Position numbers and translations under genes: made by a program. The notes beneath the pieces were generated by a model that did no database searches, had not been told where the DNA came from, and was given only the letters and a program-made list of their open reading frames with translations. A stretch of 63,203 bases of DNA, counting the filler, from Octopus bimaculoides (taxonomy: Eukaryota): NCBI RefSeq assembly GCF_001194135.2. It is 7 parts of 6 records of this genome, joined end to end, with 100 filler letters (N's around TTAATTAATTAA, not from the genome) between each part and the next. Parts side by side here need not be neighbours in the genome. Positions count along the whole stretch, not along the records: positions 32,231 to 55,144 come from NC_068982.1; 6 more parts are not named here. The stretch is one strand, 5' to 3'. Below, in pieces: positions 36,620 to 49,847 of this stretch (the first letter of the stretch is position 1; each line of letters begins with the position of its first letter).

Positions 36620-37200
36620 GTAACGTTTGGGTGAAATGTTGCTGACATTGTCAGGGCTGAGTAACCTTCTTTATCTGAAGTAAGCGGATTTAATTTAGCA
36701 CTGCTGGGTGGGGATAGGTGAGGTGGAAAACCTGCTGAAGTAAAGGGAATGAATTTAAGGGGTTCACCAATACTGTGTAGTGTGCAGTTGTATGTAAAGC
36801 GAGTAGCGAAGGTGTAGACTTTCTCCATGGGTGTACTATTCATGGGGGGCCATCATTATTGAGAACTAGAGGCCCCTACAAAGTTGATAGAAATTTTTTT
36901 GCTAAGAGATCGAATCCAGTTTGTGAGGCGAGAAAGCTTGAAGGCTGATTTCAGAAAGCACTTTTTCAGGCGTAATAATGGCCTTGCATGAGTTGCTTTG
37001 CTGGTGGACGCTACCCAATTGTGTTGAGTGGGTGAAATTCTCCATGTCTTGTAGACTTCATCTTGTTTCTAAATAGCCGCATCAGTTATGAGTGAACTAC
37101 TTGGGACATTGAATTTTTGTCGTGTGCAGCATGTAGAGGAACATGCCCAAAAGGACGGCTCCAGTTAACTGTTACTTTAGGGGTCAAGAGAAAGCATTAC
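36620..37200 (-). mobile_element. LINE ORF2 relic (region between EN and RT; CR1/L2/Jockey-like)
   Basis: WIRSLSKKISINF...MNSTPMEKVYTFATRFTYNCTL...HPAVLN*IRLLQIKKVTQP*Q resembles FWSLxK...TPxEKAxLFAxxF..NxTL...VxKxLxxL..KxxGPD. Confidence 0.5.
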
Positions 37201-37339
37201 AAAGCTAATTAAGAATAATTATGTGGTGAGGTAAAAAAAAAAAAAAAGAGTTAACTCCGAACACCTTTCGGTCTTATTGGACTTCCTCTGCAAATTTAAA
37301 CATACCGTACTTGCGAAAGTACTAAGCCATACAGCACTG

Positions 37340-37990
37340 TTGATGACAACAGAGTATAAAAGTGCGCCTGAAGAAAATGACAGTTGAATCAGCGGTGGTC
37401 CGTCTTCGAAAACAGCATCTGGACGTCTACCGTTACGCGGGAAACAAAAAGAACAGCAGCAAAAAGCAATATTTCGTCAATGAATAACGAAAATAAAAGG
37501 ACCTGAGAAAACAGCAGTGAGAATGAAATAATAAAGACCACAGCAGTTTGCAGCAGCTGCAATAACCACAACAAATGCCACCACCACTACTACTATTACT
37601 ACACTTATAACTATTACCACCACCACCAGTACACCGACGACGACGTCGAAAGTAAAACGAGCGACGTCAGCAAGAATGATAACAGAAACACAAAAGAAAC
37701 AATAGACCCAACAGCTACGGCGTTCAAGGTGAAAAGAGAGCGGCAACAGCAAAACAAACAAAAGCAGCACATTTGACAACAGTGACGGTAACAGCAACAA
37801 TAGTTTCAATCATTCCATGGTTTTGCATGTAAGCCGGCGTGAGCTCGCTCTGAGCGCACTAATTTTCTCACAGTACCTGCCGACTCGGCCGTTCAGCAGA
37901 ACCTACAGCAACAATAACAGCAAGCAATAGGGTACGCGTGTTACGTCAGAAAAAAACTGAGAGGTGCACTCTGACGCTCGATCCTATAGA
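37340..37990 (+). promoter_or_regulatory. CpG-enriched candidate promoter / first exon
   Basis: TATAAAAG 37355-37362, CAGTT 37381-37385, short uORFs, CCATGG-TTTTGCAT|GTAAGC (ATG 37817, donor 37829), TTACGTCA CRE-like site near 37942. Confidence 0.3.
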
Positions 37991-38206
37991 AATGTACTGG
38001 AGGGATTTTTCAGTTCATTTTTTTTTAGAATTATAGGGAGAAATACCTGAGGTAACCTTCTCTTGAAGAATTTTAGTCGAATGAATTTACCTGAGTATTC
38101 TTTTTATTTTTATTTTAAGCCGGGTACTTTACCGAACCGCTAATTTACGAGGACGTAAACATACCAACATCGATTACCAAGCGGTGGATGGGAGCAAACA
38201 CAGACA

Positions 38207-38274
<68 letters not shown>

Positions 38275-38984
38275 NNNNNNNNNNNNNNNNNNNNNNNNNN
38301 NNNNNNNNNNNNNNNNNNNNNNNNNNNNNNNNNNNNNNNNNNNNNNNNNNNNNNNNNNNNNNNNNNNNNNNNNNNNNNNNNNNNNNNNNNNNNNNNNNNN
38401 NNNNNNNNNNNNNNNNNNNNNNNNNNNNNNNNNNNNNNNNNNNNNNNNNNNNNNNNNNNNNNNNNNNNNNNNNNNNNNNNNNNNNNNNNNNNNNNNNNNN
38501 NNNNNNNNNNNNNNNNNNNNNNNNNNNNNNNNNNNNNNNNNNNNNNNNNNNNNNNNNNNNNNNNNNNNNNNNNNNNNNNNNNNNNNNNNNNNNNNNNNNN
38601 NNNNNNNNNNNNNNNNNNNNNNNNNNNNNNNNNNNNNNNNNNNNNNNNNNNNNNNNNNNNNNNNNNNNNNNNNNNNNNNNNNNNNNNNNNNNNNNNNNNN
38701 NNNNNNNNNNNNNNNNNNNNNNNNNNNNNNNNNNNNNNNNNNNNNNNNNNNNNNNNNNNNNNNNNNNNNNNNNNNNNNNNNNNNNNNNNNNNNNNNNNNN
38801 NNNNNNNNNNNNNNNNNNNNNNNNNNNNNNNNNNNNNNNNNNNNNNNNNNNNNNNNNNNNNNNNNNNNNNNNNNNNNNNNNNNNNNNNNNNNNNNNNNNN
38901 NNNNNNNNNNNNNNNNNNNNNNNNNNNNNNNNNNNNNNNNNNNNNNNNNNNNNNNNNNNNNNNNNNNNNNNNNNNNNNNNNNNN

Positions 38985-39029
<45 letters not shown>

Positions 39030-39498
39030 GCATGTATGTATTTGTTTATATACATGCACGCATACGTACACACATACACACACACACACACTCATTCTCA
39101 CACACACATATACCTATCTTGTTCATACATCTATCAGTTTAGCTATCCAGCTTTATTTTTCTTCTTCCATCCGGCCATCAAATTCTTTATCTGTGTGAAT
39201 CCTTTATCTATTCAAATTTCTTTTCATCAAGGATCTTCTTTTACCATTCTTTCTTCCTTTTTTTTCTTTCTTTTCTCTTCCTCTCACCGGAATAGAAGTG
39301 ACCACAGATGAATTTATTTATTTATTGATTGATTTATTTATTCATTCATTCATCCAAAGTAGTTCCTGGTCAGTAACATTAGCTCTTAAACTACCTTCAC
39401 TACCATCCCCTTCACAACCACCATAACTACAAAACCTTCAAAAATAACACTTCTCTTCTTTCCCCGCCCCCACCTACTCCCACAAACCCATCAGAATC

Positions 39499-39531
<33 letters not shown>

Positions 39532-40405
39532 ACTAATCTGATTAACGTGACAAATCATGCTTTTTCTCCCTTTGCTTTTACCCACAATCAAAACACCTCT
39601 AAGAGTATATACCGTAATCTACGCAAACCCAAAATGTATAAAACAAAAATTACACCTACAATTCTGGTTCCAAATATGGCCTTCCCCTCCNNNNNNNNNN
39701 NNNNNNNNNNNNNNNNNNNNNNNNNNNNNNNNNNNNNNNNNNNNNNNNNNNNNNNNNNNNNNNNNNNNNNNNNNNNNNNNNNNNNNNNNNNNNNNNNNNN
39801 NNNNNNNNNNNNNNNNNNNNNNNNNNNNNNNNNNNNNNNNNNNNNNNNNNNNNNNNNNNNNNNNNNNNNNNNNNNNNNNNNNNNNNNNNNNNNNNNNNNN
39901 NNNNNNNNNNNNNNNNNNNNNNNNNNNNNNNNNNNNNNNNNGATTCCGGTATCAGTGATGGGGGTACCAGCATCCACATTGCCACCACCATCATCATCAC
40001 CACCACAAACACTACCACCACCACCACCACCACCACCACCATTATCATCGTCATCATCATCGTCGTCGTCATCGTCGTCGTCGTCGTAGTCGTCGCCGTC
40101 GTCGTCGTTGTCATCATCTTCATCCTCATCAGTAGCATCAGTAGCGGCACCAATATCAACAGTAGCTGCTTCAAAAGTATTCATTCACCACTACCATTAA
40201 TTATCGTCGCCAGCATCATCATCATTATCAGCATCAGTGTTAATTATAAGTTTTAACACAACCATCACTTCTATCATCATCATCATCATCAGCAGCAGCA
40301 GCAGCCTCTACTTCGCATAATCATCCTCATTGAAAATATCATATCCATAGTACTCCTGGCACCTCTAAAATCCAACATTGTGATTCTTGTAGAACCTCAT
40401 CAGAA

Positions 40406-40600
40406 AAGGCGGCGAGGTGGCAGAAACGTTACGTTCTGAGTTCAAGTTCCGCCGAGATCGACTTTGCCTTTCATCTTTTCGGGGTCGATAAATTAAGTAC
40501 CAGTTACGCACCCTGGGGTCGATGTAATCGACTTAATCCCTTTGTCTGTTCTTGTTTGTCCCCTCTATGTTTAGCCCCTTGTGGGCAATAAAGAAATAAG
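40406..40600 (+). mobile_element. SINE family B with Tx1-type tail (internal deletion)
   Basis: Head AAGGCGGCGAGGTGGCAGAAACGTT joined directly to ACGTTCTGAGTTC; tail GTCCCCTCTATGTTTAGCCCCTTGTGGGCAATAAAGAAATAAG. Confidence 0.9.
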
Positions 40601-41015
40601 AAATGTGCAGATGCAATCTATCAAGCATCGCCCTACAAAGGATTTTACCAGCCACAGCTAACAGATAGATGCCACGAAAATTATTGCACATCCTTTCCAC
40701 CTTTTCGATTCATAAAATATCTCCATAATCGTATCACGCCAATCGTATTATGCCGAAATCTCTGAATCACACCAGTCAACATTGTACAGTGATGTTCACC
40801 ACCATATTTGTATATCGCTCTGCACCTAATCCATCCATACCAGGGGACTTTCTATTGTTCAATTTCACGATAGCCGCTTTTATTTCAGTCACGTTCGGAA
40901 CCTCAGCTTAAAATGTTTTGTTGGTCTTTCAGGTATATTATCAAGAACAGAGAAATCAACTTCAGTGGGTCTATTGAGCAATTCATCAAAGTGCTCTTTC
41001 CATCTCCAAACAATA

Positions 41016-41224
41016 TTCTTTTATTCTTTTATTTATTTCAGTCATTTGACTGCGGGCATACTGGAACGCTGCCTTTTAGTCGAAGAAATTGACTCCAGGA
41101 CTTATTCTTTGTAAGCCTGGTACTTATTCTATCGGTTTCTTATACCGAACCGCTCAGGTACGGGGACGTAAACACACCAAGCGATGGTGGGGAGACAGAC
41201 ACAGGCACAAAGACACATTCATAA

Positions 41225-41263
<39 letters not shown>

Positions 41264-41461
41264 TATATATATATGTATGTATGTATATGTATCTTATATG
41301 ACGGGCTTCTTTCAGTTTCCGTCTACCAAATCCGCTCATAAGGCTTTGGTCGGCCGGAAGCTATAGTAGAAGTCACTTGCCCAAGGTGCCAGGCAGTGGG
41401 TCTGAACCCGGAACCATGAGATTGGGAAGCACGCTTCTTACCACACAGCCACGCCTGCGCC
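41016..41461 (-). mobile_element. Full-length SINE family A
   Basis: Reverse complement of the family A consensus with intact head. Confidence 0.9.
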
Positions 41462-41669
41462 TATATCTTTAAAATTTTTAATAATTTTTTGCCATCTTTG
41501 TTACGAAGTAGAGCAACTGTTGATGAAGTTGGACCATAAACTTCCTGATATGCAATCGTGTGTTGAAACATATTGTTATACGTCGGGATGGTTAGTTTTC
41601 TATATTTTTTTATTTTGTCAAATAAACAGTCACACACTATATTCGTTCTTTACTTCAGATTATTATTGT

Positions 41670-41760
41670 TCTTCGTGTAAATTTTTCGTTACACATCCTG
41701 TGACCTCTTCAGCGACTCTCCACCCCATGTGTCTCTTCTTGCTCTGTTTAGTCCATTCTG
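41670..41760 (-). mobile_element. Penelope terminal-repeat fragment with hammerhead core
   Basis: Minus strand GGACTAAACAGAGCAAGAAGAGACACATGGGGTGGAGAGTCG-CTGAAGA-GGTCAC-AGGAT-GTGTAAC-GAAA; homologous to 34835-34910. Confidence 0.6.
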
Positions 41761-43127
41761 TTTTTCTATGATAGCATGTCGTCCGTCTTTAAGTTCTGAG
41801 CTCAAATTCCGCCAATGTAGATAGTGCCTTTCCTTCTTTCGCGATCGACAAAATAAATACTAGCTGAGCACTGGAGTCGATATAATCGACTAACTCCCTC
41901 CCCCAAAATTGCTGACCTTGTGCTAAAATTTGAAACCAATATACATGTACCTGCGCGCGCATGTGTGCTTCTTAATGTGATTATAACATACATAATTTTA
42001 TGAAGATGAGGTTAATTTCTTCGCTTTTTACTTAATTCAGTCATTAGACTGTAGCAATGCTGGGACATCATCGCCTTGAAGAATTTTTAGTCGACTGAAT
42101 CGATTCCAGTACTTTTTTTTAAAGCCTGCTACTTATTTTATCGATTTCTTTGCCAAACCGCTAAGTTACAGGGATGTAAGCACACCAACACCGGTTGTTG
42201 AATGGTGGTTGGGGACGAACAAGGACTGTATCAGACACACACACAAATACATGGAAGGTAGTGTCCGAGAACTGAAGTGTTACTTTTGTACGCAACTCTG
42301 AGGTTGTTTCATTTATTCTCAATGGACTTTTTACAAGACATATTGTGACTAGTGAGAAAGAGAGCAGAAAGTATTCACCAACCGGAGGCCAGATCTTATT
42401 GCTTCCAACAGAGTAGACTCGGCCAAATGCACTCAGGGTACCAGGTACCAAGGAAACAATCAGTGCTAGGATTTGAACTCGGAACGCCAAGAGCCATAAG
42501 AATATGGCAAGGAATCCGGTCTTTCAAATTCCGCCTGTACAACGCCAAGGATTGGTACTTTTTATCCATTCTCCCAAATTAAATTCAAAGTTAACCTGAG
42601 CGTGACTTGAATTCAGAGCACCGGAAGCCAAAGAACACTGTAAACTGACACCCTCGAATGACTCTGCAAATTAAACGCATGGGATTTTTAAAAAATCTAA
42701 ATTTTGCCTTGCAAATCATTGCAATGGAGTTTCGCTTAACCTCCACTATTTGCAGAAGAGTTTTTTTTTTTTTTTTTTTNNNNNNNNNNNNNNNNNNNNN
42801 NNNNNNNNNNNNNNNNNNNNNNNNNNNNNNNNNNNNNNNNNNNNNNNNNNNNNNNNNNNNNNNNNNNNNNNNNNNNNNNNNNNNNNNNNNNNNNNNNNNN
42901 NNNNNNNNNNNNNNNNNNNNNNNNNNNNNNNNNNNNNNNNNNNNNNNNNNNNNNNNNNNNNNNNNNNNNNNNNNNNNNNNNNNNNNNNNNNNNNNNNNNN
43001 NNNNNNNNNNNNNNNNNNNNNNNNNNNNNNNNNNNNNNNNNNNNNNNNNNNNNNNNNNNNNNNNNNNNNNNNNNNNNNNNNNNNNNNNNNNNNNNNNNNN
43101 NNNNNNNNNNNNNNNNNNNNNNNNNNN

Positions 43128-43427
43128 TGAGTGTTTATTGAGCGAAAGCGCCTAAAGCTCCACGAGGTTCCGGCAGGGGATGGTGGCGAACCCTGCTGTA
43201 CTCTTCCACCACAACTTTCTCTCATTCTTACTTCCTGTTTCTGTTGTGCCTGTAATTCAAAGGGTCAGCCTTGTCACACTGTGTCACGCTGAATATCCCC
43301 GAGAACTACCTTAAGGGTACACGTGTCTGTGGAGTGCTCAGCCACTTGCACGTTAATTTCACGAGAAGTCTGTTCCGTTGATCAGATCAACTGGAAGCCT
43401 CGACGTCGTAAGCGACGGTGTGCCAAC
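43128..43427 (+). mobile_element. SINE family C, head in gap
   Basis: Matches the reverse complement of 13327-13640. Confidence 0.9.
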
Positions 43428-44640
43428 AGCCTTTATCACAAACTCTCGCTAACCATTCGACCCTACATTGAATATATTGCATAACAAGTTTTAAAAAAAT
43501 TAAATAACAAAAAGGAAACAAACAAATCAAGTGAAAATTATAGATAAAATACCTGGCTTAAGAAAAACTAATTTAACAAATTCACCAACAAATTGTTTGC
43601 AGCTGTATTTATATATTTATCAGTTAATGTTTTTTTGACAGCAACCTTCATGAAACTTCATCTTTTATCACTGTTTAAAATCCTGCTGCTCAAATTACCG
43701 CTCCACAAACTGTAATCGCTTCAGAATTTATTCTAATTATTCACGAAATAACTTCGCTTCTTAGCTAAACCGCATGTACTTCCTATTGTATGCTCAGATA
43801 AGAGAATATCTTATGGTTTGGAGATGAGTGGTGATTTAGACAAATTGTCCTTCACAAGCTCATCAGATTTGGTTAGATTAATGCGGTCGATGTTCAGTTT
43901 GAACATCTGGAAGCCGACGTTTGCAAGAAACCGTAGGTAGGAGATGGTTGCTGGTTAATGATTAGTAAAAGAATGGTTACACGTTCTGTATCAGCTTTAC
44001 GATTCAGAATGGTATCTTCAGGGGACAGCTGGTAATTTGTGAGAAATTAGGACAGATCTATTCGTCATCTCAACACTTTACCCCCTTTCTTCTCACTTCC
44101 ACCGATCTCATAATACTCAGACTACTATCTACATCAGACCTCATTAGACTTATAAACTTGCTCCATCTCACAGCTACCTTAACCACATCTACATCAAAAC
44201 CACCTCTGTGTCACATCTGGTAGTCAATTCTTGATAAAAGGTTAACAAGACAGTGTAGCCCACGTCTCATAGATAACACTTTTCTCGTTCCCTTCCACCT
44301 CTCTTCTCTATCTTTCACTCCCTCTCTCTCCCCCTCACTCTCTCTCCCTCTCTCTCTCTCTCTCTCTTTCTTGTTCTTTCACTTTCTCGCTTTCTTTTTC
44401 TTCCCCATCCCTATCCTTTTTCTCTGTATCATTTTCCATCTCTATCCCTATCTCTTTTTTCAGTGTGACGATCAGCGAACCATTCAGTCTATTTATCTAT
44501 CCATATCTCTATATTTTCCCATCCATACATCTACTTACATATCCATCAAACCTTATATCTGTCCACCTACCCTCTTGTATTTATATCTATCCATATATCA
44601 ATACAACTATCTATATATCAATACAACTATCCATATATTC

Positions 44641-44695
<55 letters not shown>

Positions 44696-45307
44696 AACTG
44701 TCTATCTAGCTATCTATCTATTCATCCATCCATCTATTTGTCTGTCTGTCCGTATGTATGTATGTATGTATGTATGTATGTATGTATGTATGTATGTATG
44801 TATGTATACACATAAATCCATATCTCCCTTCAGCTAATTCTACACTTATCTATCCCTCCACCTATCTTGGTGAAGAAAACTGCTAGAAATTCAGTAGGGC
44901 ACTAACAAGACCACTCACACACACATACATATGTAAATAGATGTGTATTTACACACACACATACGTATATAAAGCCACATATATACATTCATACATAAAT
45001 ACATACACACACATATACATTTATAGTCTGCACAACACTAGATAACCCAGAAGAAATTAAATAAATTTAAACATTGCAAAGTCTCATTGTGGGTGAAGTA
45101 GGATTGTAAACACATTCTTTCCAAGCTGTTGATGTACAGAAGGAAGAAGGAAAGAAGCTCATGACTGACCATTAAACGGTCTGTTGAAGACGTACCGGGC
45201 TTTCCTCCGCAATCAATAGCACAAATCATTCAGCTGATGTATACATACAGGCTTGGCCAAAATTATGGAGCAGGTATGAAAACATTAGAGAATAAGATTG
45301 AAACTAT

Positions 45308-45623
45308 TGTAACAAAGTTACTCTTCGCCGATTATTGTAATGTCGCCACAATTTATGACGATACTTGTTTACACTATAATCGCGCAATAACAATAAACAT
45401 ATAACAAAGCTGGGTAACAACAACATAACAATTCAACAAGCGCTCCACGAACTATACACGAACCAACAAACGATATTCCGACAAACTACCAAAACGACAC
45501 CTGACGACTTCCTGCGATTAACGCCTACTCTCTCTCTCTTTCTATCTCTCTCAGACCGTTACTATTTATAGACGTTCGGTCAAGTCTATTCTCGCAGGGG
45601 GTGTAGTGACTCGCACCACAACA
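45308..45623 (-). mobile_element. Probable solo LTR (~316 bp)
   Basis: TGT...ACA termini, CTATAAATAG TATA box on minus (45562-45571), CpG-rich; GAAAC(T) lies near both ends (45300-45305, 45624-45629) but is offset by 2-3 nt on the left. Confidence 0.5.
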
Positions 45624-46104
45624 GAAACTCATTTACTTAATAACTGAAAACAGTATAATAAACATTCGAGAGTCTATCCCATCAATAACTAGTATTTGAT
45701 ATGTCCTTCTTGTGCTTTTATAACCGTTTTTTATGCATTTTTGCATACTTGAGACGAAGCTGGTGCAAGCGACTGGGTTGTGGCACTAGCGTTTTTTTCC
45801 TATTTGTTTCAGTGAATATCTTATTGATAACTTAATATTGATTAATATTTGTTGAAAATGTCTCCGAAGTAACAGATTCATCAAAGGGCTCAAATCTGTG
45901 AAAGATTCTCCCTAGCTAAAAATGCAAGAACACTGAAATGCTCGAGAAAAGGTGTCTCAACAACCATTAAAATGTACAATGAGGCCAGTTCACAGACTGA
46001 CTATGAAGGAGTGATACTAGAGTTGTGAAATCTTGCATGCATTAATTTCTACACTTCTTATTAAAAACTACATTGTTTCTTTCCTGGCAAACTGATATCT
46101 GGCC

Positions 46105-46628
46105 GTTCATAGAAGGAAGACGATGGCCTTAGTTTTTGGGGATGCAAAAGGCATTGTGCTTATTGACCATCTTCAAAGGGACTACACCATGAATGGGGAG
46201 TACTACGCCAAGTTAAGAGGCAGTTACAAAAGACTATCAAGAAAATGAGGTCTTATCTCAGGACAATGCTCCAGCACATAAGTCTTTGGTTTCAATGGTT
46301 GCTATACGTGCTTGTGGCTTTGAACCGGTTGATCATCCTCCTGATTCTCTTGATTTGGCTCCATCTGACTATCATCAGTCCCCCAACATGGAAAAAAAAC
46401 ACTTAGCTAGGAACCAGTATTGCAGGGATGATGACGTCATATTTGCGGCTTATGACTTTTTTTGATCAATGGCATGAAAGCTTCTTCACCAATGGGATCC
46501 AAGCACTGCAACACCAATGGAAAAGTGTGTAAATCGCAAAATGGATTAAGTTGAAAAATAAACCTCATTTGGCCACATTCCATGAGACTATTTTGGTCAG
46601 CCTATGAACTTTTCGGTCGACCCACATA
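46105..46628 (+). mobile_element. mariner transposase 3' half with terminal repeat
   Basis: KTMALVFGDAKGIVLIDHLQ...QDNAPAHKSLVSMVAIRACGFEPVDHPPDSLDLAPSDYH...FFTNGIQALQHQW, then CAGCCTATGAACTTTTCGGTCGACCC. Confidence 0.88.
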
Positions 46629-46671
46629 CAATAAAATTTGGAAGTCGCAAAGAAAGTTAATGTACGCCCTG

Positions 46672-46709
<38 letters not shown>

Positions 46710-47510
46710 CCTATCTATCTATCTATCTATCTATCTATCTCTCTCTATATATATATATATAATATTATTAAGGATAAAAATCCAAATTTACAGGTAAAAA
46801 CTCAATTAAATTCAATTTATTAAAAATTAAAATTAATTTAAGTTTCACAGTATAAAATATAAAATATAGTTTAGGGAAAAGTGGATTTTCATCGATGAGT
46901 TCATGAACCTTGTTTCTTTTCCCTAAAACTATANNNNNNNNNNNNNNNNNNNNNNNNNNNNNNNNNNNNNNNNNNNNNNNNNNNNNNNNNNNNNNNNNNN
47001 NNNNNNNNNNNNNNNNNNNNNNNNNNNNNNNNNNNNNNNNNNNNNNNNNNNNNNNNNNNNNNNNNNNNNNNNNNNNNNNNNNNNNNNNNNNNNNNNNNNN
47101 NNNNNNNNNNNNNNNNNNNNNNNNNNNNNNNNNNNNNNNNNNNNNNNNNNNNNNNNNNNNNNNNNNNNNNNNNNNNNNNNNNNNNNNNNNNNNNNNNNNN
47201 NNNNNNNNNNNNNNNNNNNNNNNNNNNNNNNNNNNNNNNNNNNNNNNNNNNNNNNNNNNNNNNNNNNNNNNNNNNNNNNNNNNNNNNNNNNNNNNNNNNN
47301 NNNNNNNNNNNNNNNNNNNNNNNNNNNNNNNNNNNNNNNNNNNNNNNNNNNNNNNNNNNNNNNNNNNNNNNNNNNNNNNNNNNNNNNNNNNNNNNNNNNN
47401 NNNNNNNNNNNNNNNNNNNNNNNNNNNNNNNNNNNNNNNNNNNNNNNNNNNNNNNNNNNNNNNNNNNNNNNNNNNNNNNNNNNNNNNNNNNNNNNNNNNN
47501 NNNNNNNNNN

Positions 47511-47543
<33 letters not shown>

Positions 47544-47994
47544 CTTGTTGGAGTCGTAAGGGCACCCTTGCGATATACGGCCTGTCTAGGCATTTTTAGA
47601 CCTAATGAAACCTAGGTCTATATCCGTGGCCTGATGGTAGTCGATTTCTTCCAGAAAACATTGGGGAGGAGAGGGAGATAGACAGAAAATAAAAAGCAAA
47701 TTTGACCTCAGCGCGACTTGAACGCAGAGTGCTATAGTGATAGCAGCATATCAATTTACCCGATGCTCCTGCAAACGCAGCCTCTCACCAGTCATATGTC
47801 TGTGTATGTGTCTATCTTTTGTTGATGATATGTCACTATCTCTCAGAAATTAAGTGAAAAAATTAAAAAAAAAAAAAAAAGAAAGAACGAAAGAATACAA
47901 CAGCAAAGAATTACATTAATAGGAAAAAGAACGTTCACAATATTATTGCGAAATTTCGTTCATTTGGGAATTTTGAAGACGATTATGCTGTTCT

Positions 47995-48034
47995 CCGGTT
48001 CCCTCATGACCAACAACGTCGACATCATATTAAC

Positions 48035-48074
<40 letters not shown>

Positions 48075-48186
48075 GTTGTCGTCGTCGTCGTCGTCGTCAT
48101 CATCATCATCATTGTCGTCGTCATTATCATCGTCATCAAAATCATCGTTATCATCAGCGTCAGCATCATCATCATCTTCATCATCG

Positions 48187-48251
<65 letters not shown>

Positions 48252-48280
48252 ATCGTCGTCATCAAGGTCATCATCTTTTT
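47995..48280. repeat. (CAT/CGT)n trinucleotide mosaic
   Basis: Directly visible; produces spurious poly-Asp/Ser/Ile ORFs. Confidence 0.95.
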
Positions 48281-48476
48281 CCTCGTTTCTTTTCGGCATT
48301 ATCATTGTTCTAAAGAAATCAACAAAGGAAATCAAAAACTTTGAATATATATTTGAATGAAGTCCTCTGAAGAATCTCCACTTTACATACTTGTTCCCAT
48401 ATGTTTGTGTATCTGTGCTTGCATGCATGTGTGTGTGTGTGTTTGTCTATATGTATGTCTATATCTATATCTATCT

Positions 48477-48530
<54 letters not shown>

Positions 48531-48878
48531 NNNNNNNNNNNNNNNNNNNNNNNNNNNNNNNNNNNNNNNNNNNNNNNNNNNNNNNNNNNNNNNNNNNNNN
48601 NNNNNNNNNNNNNNNNNNNNNNNNNNNNNNNNNNNNNNNNNNNNNNNNNNNNNNNNNNNNNNNNNNNNNNNNNNNNNNNNNNNNNNNNNNNNNNNNNNNN
48701 NNNNNNNNNNNNNNNNNNNNNNNNNNNNNNNNNNNNNNNNNNNNNNNNNNNNNNNNNNNNNNNNNNNNNNNNNNNNNNNNNNNNNNNNNNNNNNNNNNNN
48801 NNNNNNNNNNNNNNNNNNNNNNNNNNNNNNNNNNNNNNNNNNNNNNNNNNNNNNNNNNNNNNNNNNNNNNNNNNNNNN

Positions 48879-48923
<45 letters not shown>

Positions 48924-49460
48924 TGTGTATGTGTGCGTGTATACGTGTGCATGTATATGTGTGTTTGTGTGCGTGTGTATGATATACACACACAGACACA
49001 CACGAACACGTACGGGTGTCTCATGGGTTGCACCAAAAATTTGCGAAAGCGAAAAATATTTTTTAAAAATTTATATTTACATAAAGAACATGAGTAGAAT
49101 ATTATATTTCTATCGAATAAGGTGTTTAAATCATTCGTCGTCTCTTTTAATAACACCATGGGGACAGCTGATTACATTTTCTATACTAGCTGCAGTTGCA
49201 TCAGGTGATAGACTTGAAATTTCAGTTTGAATACGTTGTCTTAATTTGTATGAGCTTTGCTGTAATGTATGGTGGTAAATGTCTGACTGAAAAATGTATG
49301 AGAGTTTCTAAGTTTCCTCTAGATTAGCACACCGCCATGAACAAACAACGACCGAACTATTTTCAATATTTGTATTACTGTCATTAATTGTTCGATAACC
49401 ATCTTTGTATCATTACTGGTGTGGCAATGTGTAACCTTGTGTCACTATCGACGAATCATT

Positions 49461-49847
49461 GGTTGGTACTCCGTCGGTTACGACGTCGAGGGTTCCAGTT
49501 GATCCGATCAATGGAACAGCCTGCTCGTGAAATTAACGTGCAAGTAGCTGAGCACTCCACAGAGACGTGTACCCTTAACGTAGTTCTCTGGGATATTCAG
49601 CGTGACACAGAGTGTGACAAGGCTGGCTCTTTGAATTACAGGCACAACAGAAACAGGAAGAGTGAGAGAAAGTTGTGGTGAAAGAGTACAGCAGGGTTCA
49701 CTACCCCACCCCACCCCCTGCCGGAGCCTCGTGGAGCTTTAGGTGTTTTCTCTCAATAAATACTCACAACGCCCGGTCTGGGAATCGAAACCGCGATCCT
49801 ATGACCGCGAGTCTGCTGCCCTAACCACTGGGCCATTGCGCCTCCAC
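49461..49847 (-). mobile_element. Full-length SINE family C with 13-bp TSD
   Basis: Paralogous to 13327-13712. TSD TCGACGAATCATT (49448-49460) versus TTGATGAATCATT (49848-49860). Confidence 0.92.

Noticed and set aside
47946-48428. Poly-Asp/Ser/Ile/Thr ORFs (also 39588-40184, 56333-57236, 59788-60151, 62760-63197)
   Set aside because: Translations of trinucleotide microsatellites, open in several frames on both strands, with no splice or domain context.
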